A DNA stretch of 64,000 nt, taken from IMG/VR virus record IMGVR_UViG_2563366960_000002; one strand, given 5' to 3'. Positions 13,072 through 22,122 of the stretch are shown in pieces. Source of the stretch: a virus. Lineage: Duplodnaviria > Heunggongvirae > Uroviricota > Caudoviricetes. A model generated the notes under the pieces. The model searched no databases and was not told where the DNA came from. It saw only the letters and a program-made list of their open reading frames with translations. Position 1 is the first letter of the stretch; each line of letters starts with the position of its first letter. A program made the position numbers and the translations under genes.

Positions 13072-14199
13072 CTATCCTTCGCTACGAAGATGCTTATCTA
13101 AGAATTTTGTAAACTGGTTTGTTGAGCCAAAATAGTTGGGGTAGGCTTTTTTTAGTGACTTAATGTTATCTGTAGCAACGAGAACAGATATCAACACATT
13201 AGGATCGGAATCGTCTTTATTTAAGGCCTCAAGAGCTTCATCTGCTTCTTTTGTTTTAAATGCGCGAACAGATACAAGGAACATTTTTTTGTTTTTTGTA
13301 TGGGGCTTGTTTTCTGCATTTCTCATTGTGACTAAGTAATGCCCCTTATGATTTTTTGGCAATTTCTTAATCAGATCCGCATCAGAAGTTAGATTTAAGG
13401 CGAGGGTGTATGTGCTTAGTTTCCTCCGTACAGATAAAGCCTGCTCCAGCGCTTTAAGCTCGCCTTCATACTGAGCTACAACTAGTTCATCAAGAATGCA
13501 GGCTTTTTCGTCGTGCGCCACAAGACATCCTGCTAGATAGAAAAATCTTCTCCATTCCGGATGCCCTTCACTTGAAGTTTTCAGCTTGATACCTTCAAGG
13601 GTATCAATTATTTCAAGGCTAGTAGCCCAAGCATGTTGCAATTGAGTTCTTAACTGTATTTCAATTTTTGTTTTTCGCCATGGGTATTGCTCCTCCTTCT
13701 GATCAAAGCAACTGTATGCAAGGTGGATCCCACTATAGCCGCTATTTTTGGGAGTAAGATAATCATACTCTTTAACAATTCTATGAACAGATTTGCTTTT
13801 TAAAAGACGTTCCCTTAGCTGTTTCAACTGATCTAAGTTTCTGACTATGGCTCTACACCCGCCAATGTCCTGCATCCGTGTTAATTTAATTGCATTGCTA
13901 GTTCTGCCGCCATCAAGACTAGGACGCTCAAGTTTATCTATTATGGTAGAAAGTCGCTTAAGTCTTCTTGCAACGAGAATCTTTTTGTCTTTAGCAACCT
14001 TATCTGCCGCTCTAGCCAAATGGTTTTTCATGAGCATTAATGGATAAAGATGTAGCTCACGAAAATTCTGGATCATTTCAATCGCTTTTTGCCTTTCTCC
14101 ATCGCTGCATCCATGCCTTATCAATTGAGCTGCCCTGTCTATTTGAGATTTAGAATAATTTAGCTTGCATTTTTGGCTTTGATATACTTCATTCCCCAT
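13072..14199 (-). CDS. RelA/SpoT-homologue (RSH) nucleotidyltransferase-domain protein, candidate fused toxSAS toxin-antitoxin (CapRel-like) defence protein
   Basis: 375 aa; synthetase-type motifs GRTSNAIKLTRMQDIGGCRAIV (res 98-119), GYSGIH (154-159, Tyr155), EIQLRTQLQHAWA (180-192); about 170-aa C-terminal extension; about 35% GC versus about 50% flanks; occupies the P1 res/mod position. Confidence 0.8.
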   Translation of the reverse strand: MGNEVYQSQKCKLNYSKSQIDRAAQLIRHGCSDGERQKAIEMIQNFRELHLYPLMLMKNHLARAADKVAKDKKILVARRLKRLSTIIDKLERPSLDGGRTSNAIKLTRMQDIGGCRAIVRNLDQLKQLRERLLKSKSVHRIVKEYDYLTPKNSGYSGIHLAYSCFDQKEEQYPWRKTKIEIQLRTQLQHAWATSLEIIDTLEGIKLKTSSEGHPEWRRFFYLAGCLVAHDEKACILDELVVAQYEGELKALEQALSVRRKLSTYTLALNLTSDADLIKKLPKNHKGHYLVTMRNAENKPHTKNKKMFLVSVRAFKTKEADEALEALNKDDSDPNVLISVLVATDNIKSLKKAYPNYFGSTNQFTKFLDKHLRSEG

Positions 14200-14300
14200 T
14201 ACTACTACCTATGTTTTGGTTTAGGAATTTTCTAACATGTAATAACAAATAGAATGGGAAATCAATGGGCTATGAGCAGTAATGCAGGGTATCTTTATAA

Positions 14301-14942
14301 TTAAAGATATCTCCCCTTACCAGTCAATATACCTTGTGGTACATGCTTTTGTGCGAGTGTTTGGGTGCCGCGAATTATGTTAATCAGAGGGCTTAGTAAC
14401 GATGGTTCCTGGCTTGCCTCAACTTCTCCAGCCATTGCCCTGATGTAGTCGGCGCTGGCAACGTTGTTGTATTCCGCCGCAAAGCAACATAGTAACGTCA
14501 GAACATGCTCTGTCGTTATTTCGCTCCAGTTGATGTTGAAAAATTCATCGCCTTTTTTATCGTGTTCGGAATCGAAGATGCTTTGGTGGAGGATGTATTT
14601 GCCGGATTCCTTGCGCGGTAACTTGATCGCTTTCTGGCGTTCCAGCTCCTTGTAAATCTGCATTGCTTCAATCAGTACCGGCCTGCCGTTCATGAAGGGA
14701 TCGCGCAACCTTACACGCTGGCCAACTCGACCAGTAATAAAGCTGTTTTCCTCTTCCACCAGCACGATAAAACCTTTTTCCTCTTTCTCACGCAATTCGC
14801 GCAGCAACTGGAGTTCCATATCGCGGCGGCGTTCAGGGTAGCTGGTCCGCTCAGCCATTATCAGCTCGTTGTTGATCCATGCAGCAGTCATTGACGCCGG
14901 TTTGCCGACGCTCATCGAAACAACGCATATTTTCTTATCCAT
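14301..14942 (-). CDS. mat: Mat-like protein
   Basis: 213 aa from ATG 14942 (AGGGG Shine-Dalgarno; track start 14969 is GTG); located between ref and the hotspot as in P1. Confidence 0.55.
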   Translation of the reverse strand: MDKKICVVSMSVGKPASMTAAWINNELIMAERTSYPERRRDMELQLLRELREKEEKGFIVLVEEENSFITGRVGQRVRLRDPFMNGRPVLIEAMQIYKELERQKAIKLPRKESGKYILHQSIFDSEHDKKGDEFFNINWSEITTEHVLTLLCCFAAEYNNVASADYIRAMAGEVEASQEPSLLSPLINIIRGTQTLAQKHVPQGILTGKGRYL

Positions 14943-15130
14943 AGCGCCCCTACAAAAAAGAAAAGCCACCAGCGGCGGCTTAGCAATACAACAAAAGGTA
15001 GCGCCCGGTACTCAGACTGTGCCGTCCATGGAATATTTGAAAAGGGATCCATCCGTACCGGGCATGTGATGATTCTGACTGAAGTCACTTGTCAGTTGTC
15101 AATTATTTCAGATTAAAAATAATATATTTA

Positions 15131-15691
15131 TTAGTGCATAATGTTTGCCATCTCATAGGCGTCAGCCAGCAACTCCATCTCTGACTTGTTCAGCAAGGTG
15201 AATTCTTTCTTGCCTCCAACCACACCATCGGCATGAACAGGGACCAGCCAGGGATATTTTTCTCTTACTTCAGCCGGTGCTGCATGCTGGTGGTGCCATC
15301 TACAAAGGGGCAATTGCTTTTTGTGACAACCCGGCGCGGTACGACCGGAGATATGGTGCAAAGATACCTCTTCAGATATTACTCCATGCATGTAGCAGGC
15401 AATGCAGGGGAGAGCGCCAAGAGCACTGGCGATGCTCCGTTCCTCCGCTGTCGGTGTTCGCCCCTTCAAGCCACGAGATTTTATCTTTACCGCACTTTTC
15501 CGCGTTTTGCTGGCTGGTGGGCGCTCTTTCTGTTTAGCGATACGGCGGTCGATAGAATCCCGCATTTTCTGATATTGCGATTCTCGCCAGGCGGGGTCAG
15601 CCAACTTTTCCCGTTGCCGAGCGATCGCTCGTTCTCTGGCTGCCTTCTGCCACTCGCGGCGCTGTTCAAGTTTTTGTTCGATTGTTTTCAT
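15131..15691 (-). CDS. ref: Ref, RecA-dependent HNH endonuclease
   Basis: 186 aa from ATG 15691; basic N-terminal region and HNH-like core (CHKKQLPLCRWHHQHAAPAEVREKYPWL); matches P1 Ref length and sequence. Confidence 0.85.
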   Translation of the reverse strand: MKTIEQKLEQRREWQKAARERAIARQREKLADPAWRESQYQKMRDSIDRRIAKQKERPPASKTRKSAVKIKSRGLKGRTPTAEERSIASALGALPCIACYMHGVISEEVSLHHISGRTAPGCHKKQLPLCRWHHQHAAPAEVREKYPWLVPVHADGVVGGKKEFTLLNKSEMELLADAYEMANIMH

Positions 15692-15696
15692 ATGGC

Positions 15697-15722
15697 AAAA
15701 AAAAGGCGGCCTAATGGCCGCC
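15697..15722 (-). terminator. Intrinsic-terminator-like hairpin plus U8 in the ref leader
   Basis: Minus strand: GGCGGCC-atta-GGCCGCC followed by TTTTTTTT, ending about 6 nt before the ref ATG and downstream of the Op2 promoter. Confidence 0.5.
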
Positions 15723-15779
15723 AATGATGTCAAGGAGTGAAGTAATGGCAACGTCTTCGTAGTTGACAAAAACTGCGGC

Positions 15780-15806
15780 TCAATTATAGCAATCAATTAG
15801 AGCAAT
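15780..15806 (-). promoter_or_regulatory. Overlapping C1 operators with embedded -10 (ref promoter, Op2-like)
   Basis: Reverse complement ATTGCTCTAATTGATTGCTATAATTG: one full operator overlapping a second operator-like copy that contains TATAAT. Confidence 0.7.
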
Positions 15807-15936
15807 GGTAGATATTTTGTTTATCGCGAATCACATTTTTTCACTTCAGTACCTGTGTGCTATACTCCTTCTTGATTGATTGGATGCGGAATACAAACCC
15901 GCTCTTTTGTGCAGCCTGGCTCCTTGCCAGGCTTTT

Positions 15937-16248
15937 TTATTTCATCATGGAAGCTGTTAACGCTTTGGATCTTGCTGAACTGATTGAAAGGGCATTGTTT
16001 ACCTTACCCAGGAGTTCGCCAAATTCCGCCATCACTCTAGTAAGCCCGCGCCGCGCTTCCTCCTCCGTTGCATTCATCACAAAATGTTCAGCGCTCCGCA
16101 TGCTTTTAACGGGGAACGCAACAGATATCGAGTCGATATCAGGCATCCTATCGCTCAATTTTACGGTGACAATGACAGATGGTGACTGAATTTGAGAGCT
16201 TACAGACAGCACCACATATTTTCCGTCTATTTTGAAATCCTTCCGCAT
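15937..16248 (-). CDS. C1-controlled small protein between cre and ref (cra-like)
   Basis: 103 aa; ATG 16248 with GGTGA Shine-Dalgarno; operator immediately upstream; no domain recognised. Confidence 0.5.
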   Translation of the reverse strand: MRKDFKIDGKYVVLSVSSQIQSPSVIVTVKLSDRMPDIDSISVAFPVKSMRSAEHFVMNATEEEARRGLTRVMAEFGELLGKVNNALSISSARSKALTASMMK

Positions 16249-16264
16249 GCGTCACCATAAATAT

Positions 16265-16281
16265 CAAATAATTAGAGCAAT
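16265..16281 (-). promoter_or_regulatory. C1 operator
   Basis: Reverse complement ATTGCTCTAATTATTTG; lies between the cre stop and the downstream small ORF. Confidence 0.7.
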
Positions 16282-16298
16282 CAAGCGCAAATGAACGG

Positions 16299-17330
16299 CT
16301 AATCGCCATCTTCCAGCAGGCGTACCATTGCCCCCGTTTCACTATCCAGGTTACGGATATAGTTCATGACAATATTCACGTTGGTCCAGCCACCAGCTTG
16401 CATGATCTCCGGTATTGAAACTCCGGCGCGGGCCATATCTCGCGCGGCTCCGACACGGGCACTGTGTCCAGACCAGGCCAGGTATCTCTGACCAGAGTCA
16501 TCCTTAGCGCCGTAAATCAATCGATGAGTTGCTTCAAAAATCCCTTCCAGGGCGCGAGTTGATAGCTGGCTGGTGGCAGATGGCGCGGCAACACCATTTT
16601 TTCTGACACGGCAAAACAAGTAGTTATTCGGATCATCAGCCACACCAGAGACAGAAATCCATCGCTCGACCAGTTTAGTTACCCCCAGGCTAAGTGCCTT
16701 CTCTACACCTGCGGTGCTAACCAGCGTTTTCGTTCTGCCAATATGGATTAACATTCTCCCACCGTCAGTACGTGAGATATCTTTAACCCTGATCCTGGCA
16801 ATTTCGGCTATACGTAACAGGGTGTTATAAGCAATCCCCAGAAATGCCAGATTACGTATATCCTGGCAGCGATCGCTATTTTCCATGAGTGAACGAACCT
16901 GGTCGAAATCAGTGCGTTCGAACGCCAGTGCCTGTTTTGCACGTTCACCGGCATCAACGTTTTCTTTTCGGATCCGTCGCATGACCAGTGAAACAGCATT
17001 ACTGTCACTTGGTCGTGGCAGCCCGGACCGACGATGAAGCATGTTTAGCTGGCCCAAATGTTGCTGGATAGTTTTTACTGCCAGACCGCGCGCCTGAAGA
17101 TATAGAAGATAATCGCGAACATCTTCAGGTTCTGCGGGAAACCATTTCCGGTTATTCAACTTGCACCATGCCGCCCACGACCGGCAAACGGACAGAAGCA
17201 TTTTCCAGGTATGCTCAGAAAACGCCTGGCGATCCCTGAACATGTCCATCAGATTCTTGCGAACCTCATCACTCGTTGCATCGACCGGTAATGCAGGCAA
17301 ATTTTGGTGTACGGTCAGTAAATTGGACAT
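16299..17330 (-). CDS. cre: Cre site-specific tyrosine recombinase
   Basis: 343 aa; sequence recognised as P1 Cre (MSNLLTVHQNLPALPVDATSDEVRKNLMDMFRDRQAFSEHTWK...); loxP lies 420 bp upstream. Confidence 0.98.
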   Translation of the reverse strand: MSNLLTVHQNLPALPVDATSDEVRKNLMDMFRDRQAFSEHTWKMLLSVCRSWAAWCKLNNRKWFPAEPEDVRDYLLYLQARGLAVKTIQQHLGQLNMLHRRSGLPRPSDSNAVSLVMRRIRKENVDAGERAKQALAFERTDFDQVRSLMENSDRCQDIRNLAFLGIAYNTLLRIAEIARIRVKDISRTDGGRMLIHIGRTKTLVSTAGVEKALSLGVTKLVERWISVSGVADDPNNYLFCRVRKNGVAAPSATSQLSTRALEGIFEATHRLIYGAKDDSGQRYLAWSGHSARVGAARDMARAGVSIPEIMQAGGWTNVNIVMNYIRNLDSETGAMVRLLEDGD

Positions 17331-17337
17331 TTAACAC

Positions 17338-17559
17338 TCAGATAATGGTTTTAAGTAAAGTGTACAGGATCGGCTCTGCCTTTACCTGTTTATGGTTCTC
17401 GTCATAGAAACGCCAGCGACCGCGCGTGCGTTCTATTTTCTCTTCACCGCGAGATAATGACAGTTGGTAACTATCACGCTCAAACCCTTTTGCCCGCCAG
17501 TAACCACGGTTTTTCTCAAGCTCAAGATGAGTGGACACTTTAGCAGCTGAATATCCCAT
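17338..17559 (-). CDS. 73-aa ORF between loxP and cre
   Basis: ATG with strong GAGGTG Shine-Dalgarno; stop 8 nt before the cre ATG; basic protein, no domain recognised. Confidence 0.45.
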   Translation of the reverse strand: MGYSAAKVSTHLELEKNRGYWRAKGFERDSYQLSLSRGEEKIERTRGRWRFYDENHKQVKAEPILYTLLKTII

Positions 17560-17656
17560 TTTTCACCTCTGATTGATTGGTGGTGCTAAGTGCGCTACGC
17601 GAAATCTGTAGGACTAACACCGCCAACATTTCGCAGATTTTACGTAGCGCAACCTT

Positions 17657-17729
17657 GATCAAATGATCAAGTGATCACTATTTGACCTGATAAGGTATTG
17701 AACTGTATGGATTTACAGGTAAATTGATC
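17657..17729. promoter_or_regulatory. GATC (Dam) cluster in the cre promoter region
   Basis: Four GATC sites, three within 20 bp (GATCAAATGATCAAGTGATCAC); P1 cre promoters are known to be Dam-sensitive. Confidence 0.4.
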
Positions 17730-17748
17730 ATGTTCAATAACCCCTAAG

Positions 17749-17782
17749 ATAACTTCGTATAATGTATGCTATACGAAGTTAT
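17749..17782. other. loxP: loxP recombination site
   Basis: Exact ATAACTTCGTATA-ATGTATGC-TATACGAAGTTAT. Confidence 0.98.
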
Positions 17783-17825
17783 TAGGTCCGAAGAGGAGTT
17801 TACGTCCAGCTGCGCATAAAAATCA

Positions 17826-17842
17826 AGAATTATTAGAGCAAT
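17826..17842 (-). promoter_or_regulatory. C1 operator (immC cluster)
   Basis: Reverse complement ATTGCTCTAATAATTCT. Confidence 0.6.
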
Positions 17843-17902
17843 AAATTTTGAGAGAAAAATCCCACTCCACCAGCCAAAAACTGGATTGTTTTTCATAGTT
17901 GT

Positions 17903-17929
17903 TTGACAATTGCTCTAATAAATTATAGT
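17903..17929 (+). promoter_or_regulatory. Promoter (-35 TTGACA) overlapping a C1 operator, upstream of coi/c1
   Basis: TTGACA immediately followed by ATTGCTCTAATAAATTA (16/17 to consensus) and TATAGT. Confidence 0.7.
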
Positions 17930-17970
17930 TTTGCCGCCGTTTCGTAATACGACTTTGGATTCACTATTTA

Positions 17971-18084
17971 ATGTGTCTTCAGCGTTGTAGAGCGGCTCAG
18001 AAGGAAATGAGCAAACAGGGAAACCTTATACAACGGCATTACAGCTATGCATTGCTCATCTTACACACAGCGCAATGTTGTTAG
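17971..18084 (+). CDS. Small leader ORF upstream of coi (imcB-like?)
   Basis: 37-codon ATG ORF in the immC leader; contains an operator-like ATTGCTC start; weak evidence. Confidence 0.25.
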   Translation: MCLQRCRAAQKEMSKQGNLIQRHYSYALLILHTAQCC

Positions 18085-18163
18085 ATTACCCCAGCATGGA
18101 TCATGGGTGAAACAGTAGGTCAGAGCTTCAGGCTCTGTGTTGTCAATACAGTGAGGCATAATT

Positions 18164-18373
18164 ATGGCTTTCATTCCACCAACCATCGACGACGTTAGAC
18201 ATTGCTCTAACGCTTTATCTGTAGACCCCGCCGAAACCGACGCTGCCCGCGCCATTGCTGAACACTACTCAAAGATATCCAATCAGGAGTACCGCATCAC
18301 CCAAGACGACCTGGATGATCTCACTGACACAATCGAATATCTCATGGCCACTAACCAGCCAGACTCACAATAA
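18164..18373 (+). CDS. coi: Coi, C1 inactivator
   Basis: 69 aa; GAGG Shine-Dalgarno; directly upstream of c1 as in P1 immC. Confidence 0.85.
   Translation: MAFIPPTIDDVRHCSNALSVDPAETDAARAIAEHYSKISNQEYRITQDDLDDLTDTIEYLMATNQPDSQ
18201..18217 (+). promoter_or_regulatory. C1 operator-like site inside coi
   Basis: ATTGCTCTAACGCTTTA: the 5' half matches the operator consensus. Confidence 0.45.
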
Positions 18374-18418
18374 ATGCACTAATAAATCTATTATTTTCGT
18401 TGGATCCTTCTATAATGG

Positions 18419-18461
18419 TGGCCAACAACTCCCAGTGTAATCCGCTGTGAGTTGTTGGCCA
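18419..18461. other. 13-bp perfect inverted repeat between coi and c1
   Basis: TGGCCAACAACTC ... GAGTTGTTGGCCA with a 17-nt loop; preceded by TATAAT; no U-tract. Confidence 0.4.
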
Positions 18462-18483
18462 TGTCAATTCTGGAGGAGGATCA

Positions 18484-19335
18484 ATGATAAATTATGTCTA
18501 CGGCGAACAACTGTACCAGGAGTTCGTCAGCTTCAGGGATCTCTTTCTAAAAAAAGCTGTTGCACGCGCCCAACACGTTGATGCCGCCAGCGACGGTCGT
18601 CCTGTTCGCCCGGTTGTCGTTCTGCCGTTCAAAGAAACGGACAGCATTCAGGCTGAAATTGATAAATGGACTTTAATGGCGCGGGAACTGGAACAGTACC
18701 CAGACCTCAATATCCCAAAGACTATTTTATATCCAGTGCCTAACATCCTTCGCGGTGTGCGTAAGGTTACAACTTATCAGACAGAAGCTGTGAACAGCGT
18801 CAACATGACCGCTGGCCGCATTATTCATCTGATTGATAAGGACATTCGCATCCAGAAAAGCGCGGGGATCAATGAGCACAGTGCGAAATACATAGAGAAC
18901 CTGGAAGCAACAAAAGAGCTAATGAAGCAGTACCCGGAGGATGAAAAATTCCGTATGCGTGTACACGGCTTTAGCGAAACAATGCTGCGCGTCCATTACA
19001 TTTCCAGTAGCCCTAACTACAATGATGGTAAATCAGTTAGTTACCATGTGCCGCTGTGTGGTGTGTTTATCTGCGATGAAACTCTCCGTGATGGAATCAT
19101 CATCAACGGTGAATTCGAGAAAGCAAAATTTAGCCTTTATGACTCTATAGAACCGATCATCTGCGACCGCTGGCCGCAGGCAAAAATATATCGCCTGGCA
19201 GATATTGAAAATGTAAAAAAACAAATTGCCATCACTCGCGAAGAGAAAAAGGTCAAATCAGCCGCATCAGTTACGCGCAGCCGTAAAACTAAGAAGGGGC
19301 AGCCAGTAAACGACAACCCCGAAAGCGCGCAATAG
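18484..19335 (+). CDS. c1: C1 repressor of lytic functions
   Basis: 283 aa; N-terminus MINYVYGEQLYQEFVSFRDLFLKKAVARAQHVD recognised as P1 C1; GGAGGA Shine-Dalgarno. Confidence 0.97.
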   Translation: MINYVYGEQLYQEFVSFRDLFLKKAVARAQHVDAASDGRPVRPVVVLPFKETDSIQAEIDKWTLMARELEQYPDLNIPKTILYPVPNILRGVRKVTTYQTEAVNSVNMTAGRIIHLIDKDIRIQKSAGINEHSAKYIENLEATKELMKQYPEDEKFRMRVHGFSETMLRVHYISSSPNYNDGKSVSYHVPLCGVFICDETLRDGIIINGEFEKAKFSLYDSIEPIICDRWPQAKIYRLADIENVKKQIAITREEKKVKSAASVTRSRKTKKGQPVNDNPESAQ

Positions 19336-19359
19336 TTTCTATCCGGCATGGTCAATGAG

Positions 19360-20844
19360 TTATTCATTAAGCCATGCCAGAGCTTCATCAACCTGCGCTT
19401 CGTCTTCGACGCTAAGCACTTCATCCTGGGGAACATAATCCGCCAGCATAGCGAAACAATATGTATCCCAATGGTCTGGTGAGTGCAGGTTGAGTTTTTT
19501 CTTCATATCCTCCTTACTCATCACCTTCCATTGACCTGCGGAGTTAATCCCTACAGGGATTTTCGACGCTTCCTCAATAGTTTCATTACCCTTATCCAGT
19601 CTCATACGACCAGATTTTACGGCCTCTGCGGCTTGAACGTTGGCATAAGCACGTTTATCAAAGTACAGGCTCTTATCTTCACGGCTATGCATCTTTTTAC
19701 CCCAGCGTATACGCTGTACGGTAATACCATAATACTCGTACATCAGATCCGCCGTTGCTTTACCCAAGCCATCGCCGTCTATCGCTATGGTGATATTTGG
19801 GAATCGCTCAGGATTGCATTCTGCGAAAATTTTGGCGGCAAGCTGCGTTTCTGTAACGTCTGTGTATTCCAGCATTCGATAGTTGATTACACGGCGTTTA
19901 TTTCGCTGGCCGGACACCATCATGATATTGATAACGGACTTATCCCGTCCCGTACCACCAGCAACGTCCACACATGCAAGCCAGCCCCATCCTTTGGCAA
20001 TCTTGACTTTCCGCCGCGTTGCACGTTCAACCTCATCACGTCCAAGAAGGAAGCCATCCTGTGATTTAGGGAATAGGCCGCGTACCTTAATCATGTACAT
20101 AGGGTTATCACGCCCGCCGTACTCCGCCAGCTTCATTTTGATAAATGCTGGCGTTACCAGCGGTGATTCCTCACTGTTAAGCGTGATCGCCGTATAAACG
20201 CCATCAGGGTTACCAGGACGCTTGGCCAGTTTATGGTGTGTATCGTAGAAATAGCCGCTTGGGCGTGTAGGCTGTGACAGTAATAAGATGCGGTTATCCT
20301 GTCCGGTAAGAGCACCGGTGATGATACCGAAAGCTCTATCACTGACACCGGAGGCTTCATCGATAATATACAGAAGATGATCTGCGTGTTCACCGGCGAG
20401 AGCTTCTTCACTTCCCAGACGAAAGCCCTTCGGTACTACAGTCCATACACCTTTACCAGTAACCTCATAGAAAGCGGTTTCTGTCAGAACAAAATAATCA
20501 GCAAGCCATGGGAAACGGCTGGTGGCAGTAGCCCAGTTTATCTTGATGTACTTGAATATACCGGTCATTACCTGCTGAATTTTGTTCGCAACGATAATGG
20601 CGCGGGCACCGGGATACATGATTATGAACAACATGATCATGATAGAAGTCATGTCTGATTTCCCGGTACCGTGACCAGACGAAACAGATGTCTTGCTACC
20701 CTGTTCCTGCACAGACTCAATAATCAGATCCTGCTGCCAGGTAGGTGTTTTGCCGAACAAAACATCAGCGGCAGCAATCCAGTCATAACGATATAGCGCC
20801 ACCAGCTCGCGCCAACGTGGATCCGTTACGCAACTTCTGGCCAT
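19360..20844 (-). CDS. pacB: PacB, large terminase subunit
   Basis: 494 aa; ATG overlaps the pacA stop (TAATG); size and position as P1 PacB. Confidence 0.9.
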   Translation of the reverse strand: MARSCVTDPRWRELVALYRYDWIAAADVLFGKTPTWQQDLIIESVQEQGSKTSVSSGHGTGKSDMTSIMIMLFIIMYPGARAIIVANKIQQVMTGIFKYIKINWATATSRFPWLADYFVLTETAFYEVTGKGVWTVVPKGFRLGSEEALAGEHADHLLYIIDEASGVSDRAFGIITGALTGQDNRILLLSQPTRPSGYFYDTHHKLAKRPGNPDGVYTAITLNSEESPLVTPAFIKMKLAEYGGRDNPMYMIKVRGLFPKSQDGFLLGRDEVERATRRKVKIAKGWGWLACVDVAGGTGRDKSVINIMMVSGQRNKRRVINYRMLEYTDVTETQLAAKIFAECNPERFPNITIAIDGDGLGKATADLMYEYYGITVQRIRWGKKMHSREDKSLYFDKRAYANVQAAEAVKSGRMRLDKGNETIEEASKIPVGINSAGQWKVMSKEDMKKKLNLHSPDHWDTYCFAMLADYVPQDEVLSVEDEAQVDEALAWLNE

Positions 20845-22037
20845 TAATCATCATCCCCGTATAGCTTGCGGGTAACTTCTTCGTCTTCCTCCTCGTCTTC
20901 GTCCAGGTCTTGTTCCAGCCATGGGTCGTTTGATACACCTTCAGTATCAACATCTCCATAACCGCCTGTATCAACGATATCGGCGATTTCTTCCCTACGC
21001 TGCTCAATCCACAATGCGGCATCGGCGCGGCGGTTGGCGGCCCGTTCTCGCGCAACTTTGTCCAGATCTTCAAGAGAAGGGCCACCGACGGCTGTTTGCC
21101 TTTCCTCATCATCGGTATTGGTCTTCGGAGCACGCAGATCGGCTTTGATTTGCTCCAGCATCAGGGGCGGCACTTTCCCGCCATGCGCCTCGATGAATTC
21201 AGCTGCTTCCAGCACTGACCAGTTATTTTCACGCTTTCGTTCGTATGCCAGCTTAACAATGCCAGCTTGCCCCATAGACAAAGCGTGCTTTTCCGCCTCC
21301 CGGCTTTCTTTTCGATAGTTATTCCGGATGCTGTAAATGGTGTTGATCAGGCTGCTTATCTGCGCGGAACAGCTGTTTAGCATGCTCGCGATACGGTATT
21401 CAGGCGGAGTACCTTCATCATCGTCCTTTTGCTGATCGCGCATTTCCTGCACCAGGCGAATACACGTATCCCTGGCATTCTCCAGCATAAGGAGATGAGA
21501 AAGAGACTTTTCCAGAAGAGTGGTTTCCAGAACATCGGCCCCGGACCGACGCAACATAGCGCGCGCGGCCTTCCGCGCTTCAACGTTATCTATCAGGTAA
21601 TCGCCAGCTTCGAATTCAAAGCGTTCACCATCATCATCCAGGGTGTCGCGTTCCAGGCGATCACGTAAGGTCCGGTGGGCGCGGGTGATCACGTCATGAT
21701 CATCAGAACGATCATTTATGCGCTTATTTTGGCGCTTCGCATTCTCGACTGCGGCACTGACAACGGCATTAACCCTTTGTTTTTCCGCTATTTCAGCCGC
21801 AATGTGATCACCTGCATGTTGATCATTAGAGTGATCAATGATCATGCTTTTTAGTGGCTTCCTGACTGGCTTATTTGGCTTGCGGCTGTCCGCTGTCCTG
21901 GTGTCTTCTTTGAAGGCACGGAGATAACGACGTGCAGTATTAGGGTTAAGATTAAACTCGGCGGCATACTGTGCGATGGTGTAACCACCATCTCGCGCCA
22001 GGCGAGCAAAATTCTTCTTGTGATCGTCCCAGGTCAC
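20844..22037 (-). CDS. pacA: PacA, terminase subunit containing pac
   Basis: 397 aa; GTG start with AGGAAG Shine-Dalgarno; contains the hexamer-repeat pac site. Confidence 0.9.
   Translation of the reverse strand: MTWDDHKKNFARLARDGGYTIAQYAAEFNLNPNTARRYLRAFKEDTRTADSRKPNKPVRKPLKSMIIDHSNDQHAGDHIAAEIAEKQRVNAVVSAAVENAKRQNKRINDRSDDHDVITRAHRTLRDRLERDTLDDDGERFEFEAGDYLIDNVEARKAARAMLRRSGADVLETTLLEKSLSHLLMLENARDTCIRLVQEMRDQQKDDDEGTPPEYRIASMLNSCSAQISSLINTIYSIRNNYRKESREAEKHALSMGQAGIVKLAYERKRENNWSVLEAAEFIEAHGGKVPPLMLEQIKADLRAPKTNTDDEERQTAVGGPSLEDLDKVARERAANRRADAALWIEQRREEIADIVDTGGYGDVDTEGVSNDPWLEQDLDEDEEEDEEVTRKLYGDDD
21685..21845. other. pac: pac packaging site
   Basis: Seven TGATCA-type GATC hexamers in two clusters (3 near 21687-21713, 4 near 21806-21843) about 95 bp apart, inside pacA; the P1 pac signature. 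Confidence 0.7.
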
Positions 22038-22072
22038 TTATGCTTCCTTTCGTAAAAACTCTTTTTGACGCG

Positions 22073-22093
22073 AGGGTAACGAAAGTCACATGT
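22073..22093 (-). promoter_or_regulatory. Candidate late promoter for pacAB
   Basis: Minus strand GACATGTGACT-ttcgt-TACCCT, about 35 bp upstream of pacA. Confidence 0.4.
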
Positions 22094-22122
22094 CAAAAGG
22101 CCCGGAACGGGCAAGCAATCAA

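Noticed and set aside
13036-14300. Expected type III restriction-modification genes and IS1 at the lxc-mat position
   Set aside because: Not present: the interval holds only the RSH gene, and no transposase ORF or IS-like terminal inverted repeats occur anywhere in the window.
15073-15093. GTGACT-containing motif upstream of mat as a sixth late promoter
   Set aside because: The downstream hexamer is CAGAAT, not TAnnnT, so it does not fit the pattern seen at the other five sites.
15233-15727. 164-aa ORF on the plus strand
   Set aside because: Entirely antisense to ref, whose identity is secure.
16299-17782. Tyrosine recombinase plus target site considered as an integrase/att mobile-element boundary
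   Set aside because: The recombinase is Cre and the site is loxP; in P1-type elements these resolve plasmid dimers and circularise the genome rather than integrate, and no flanking chromosomal sequence is apparent.
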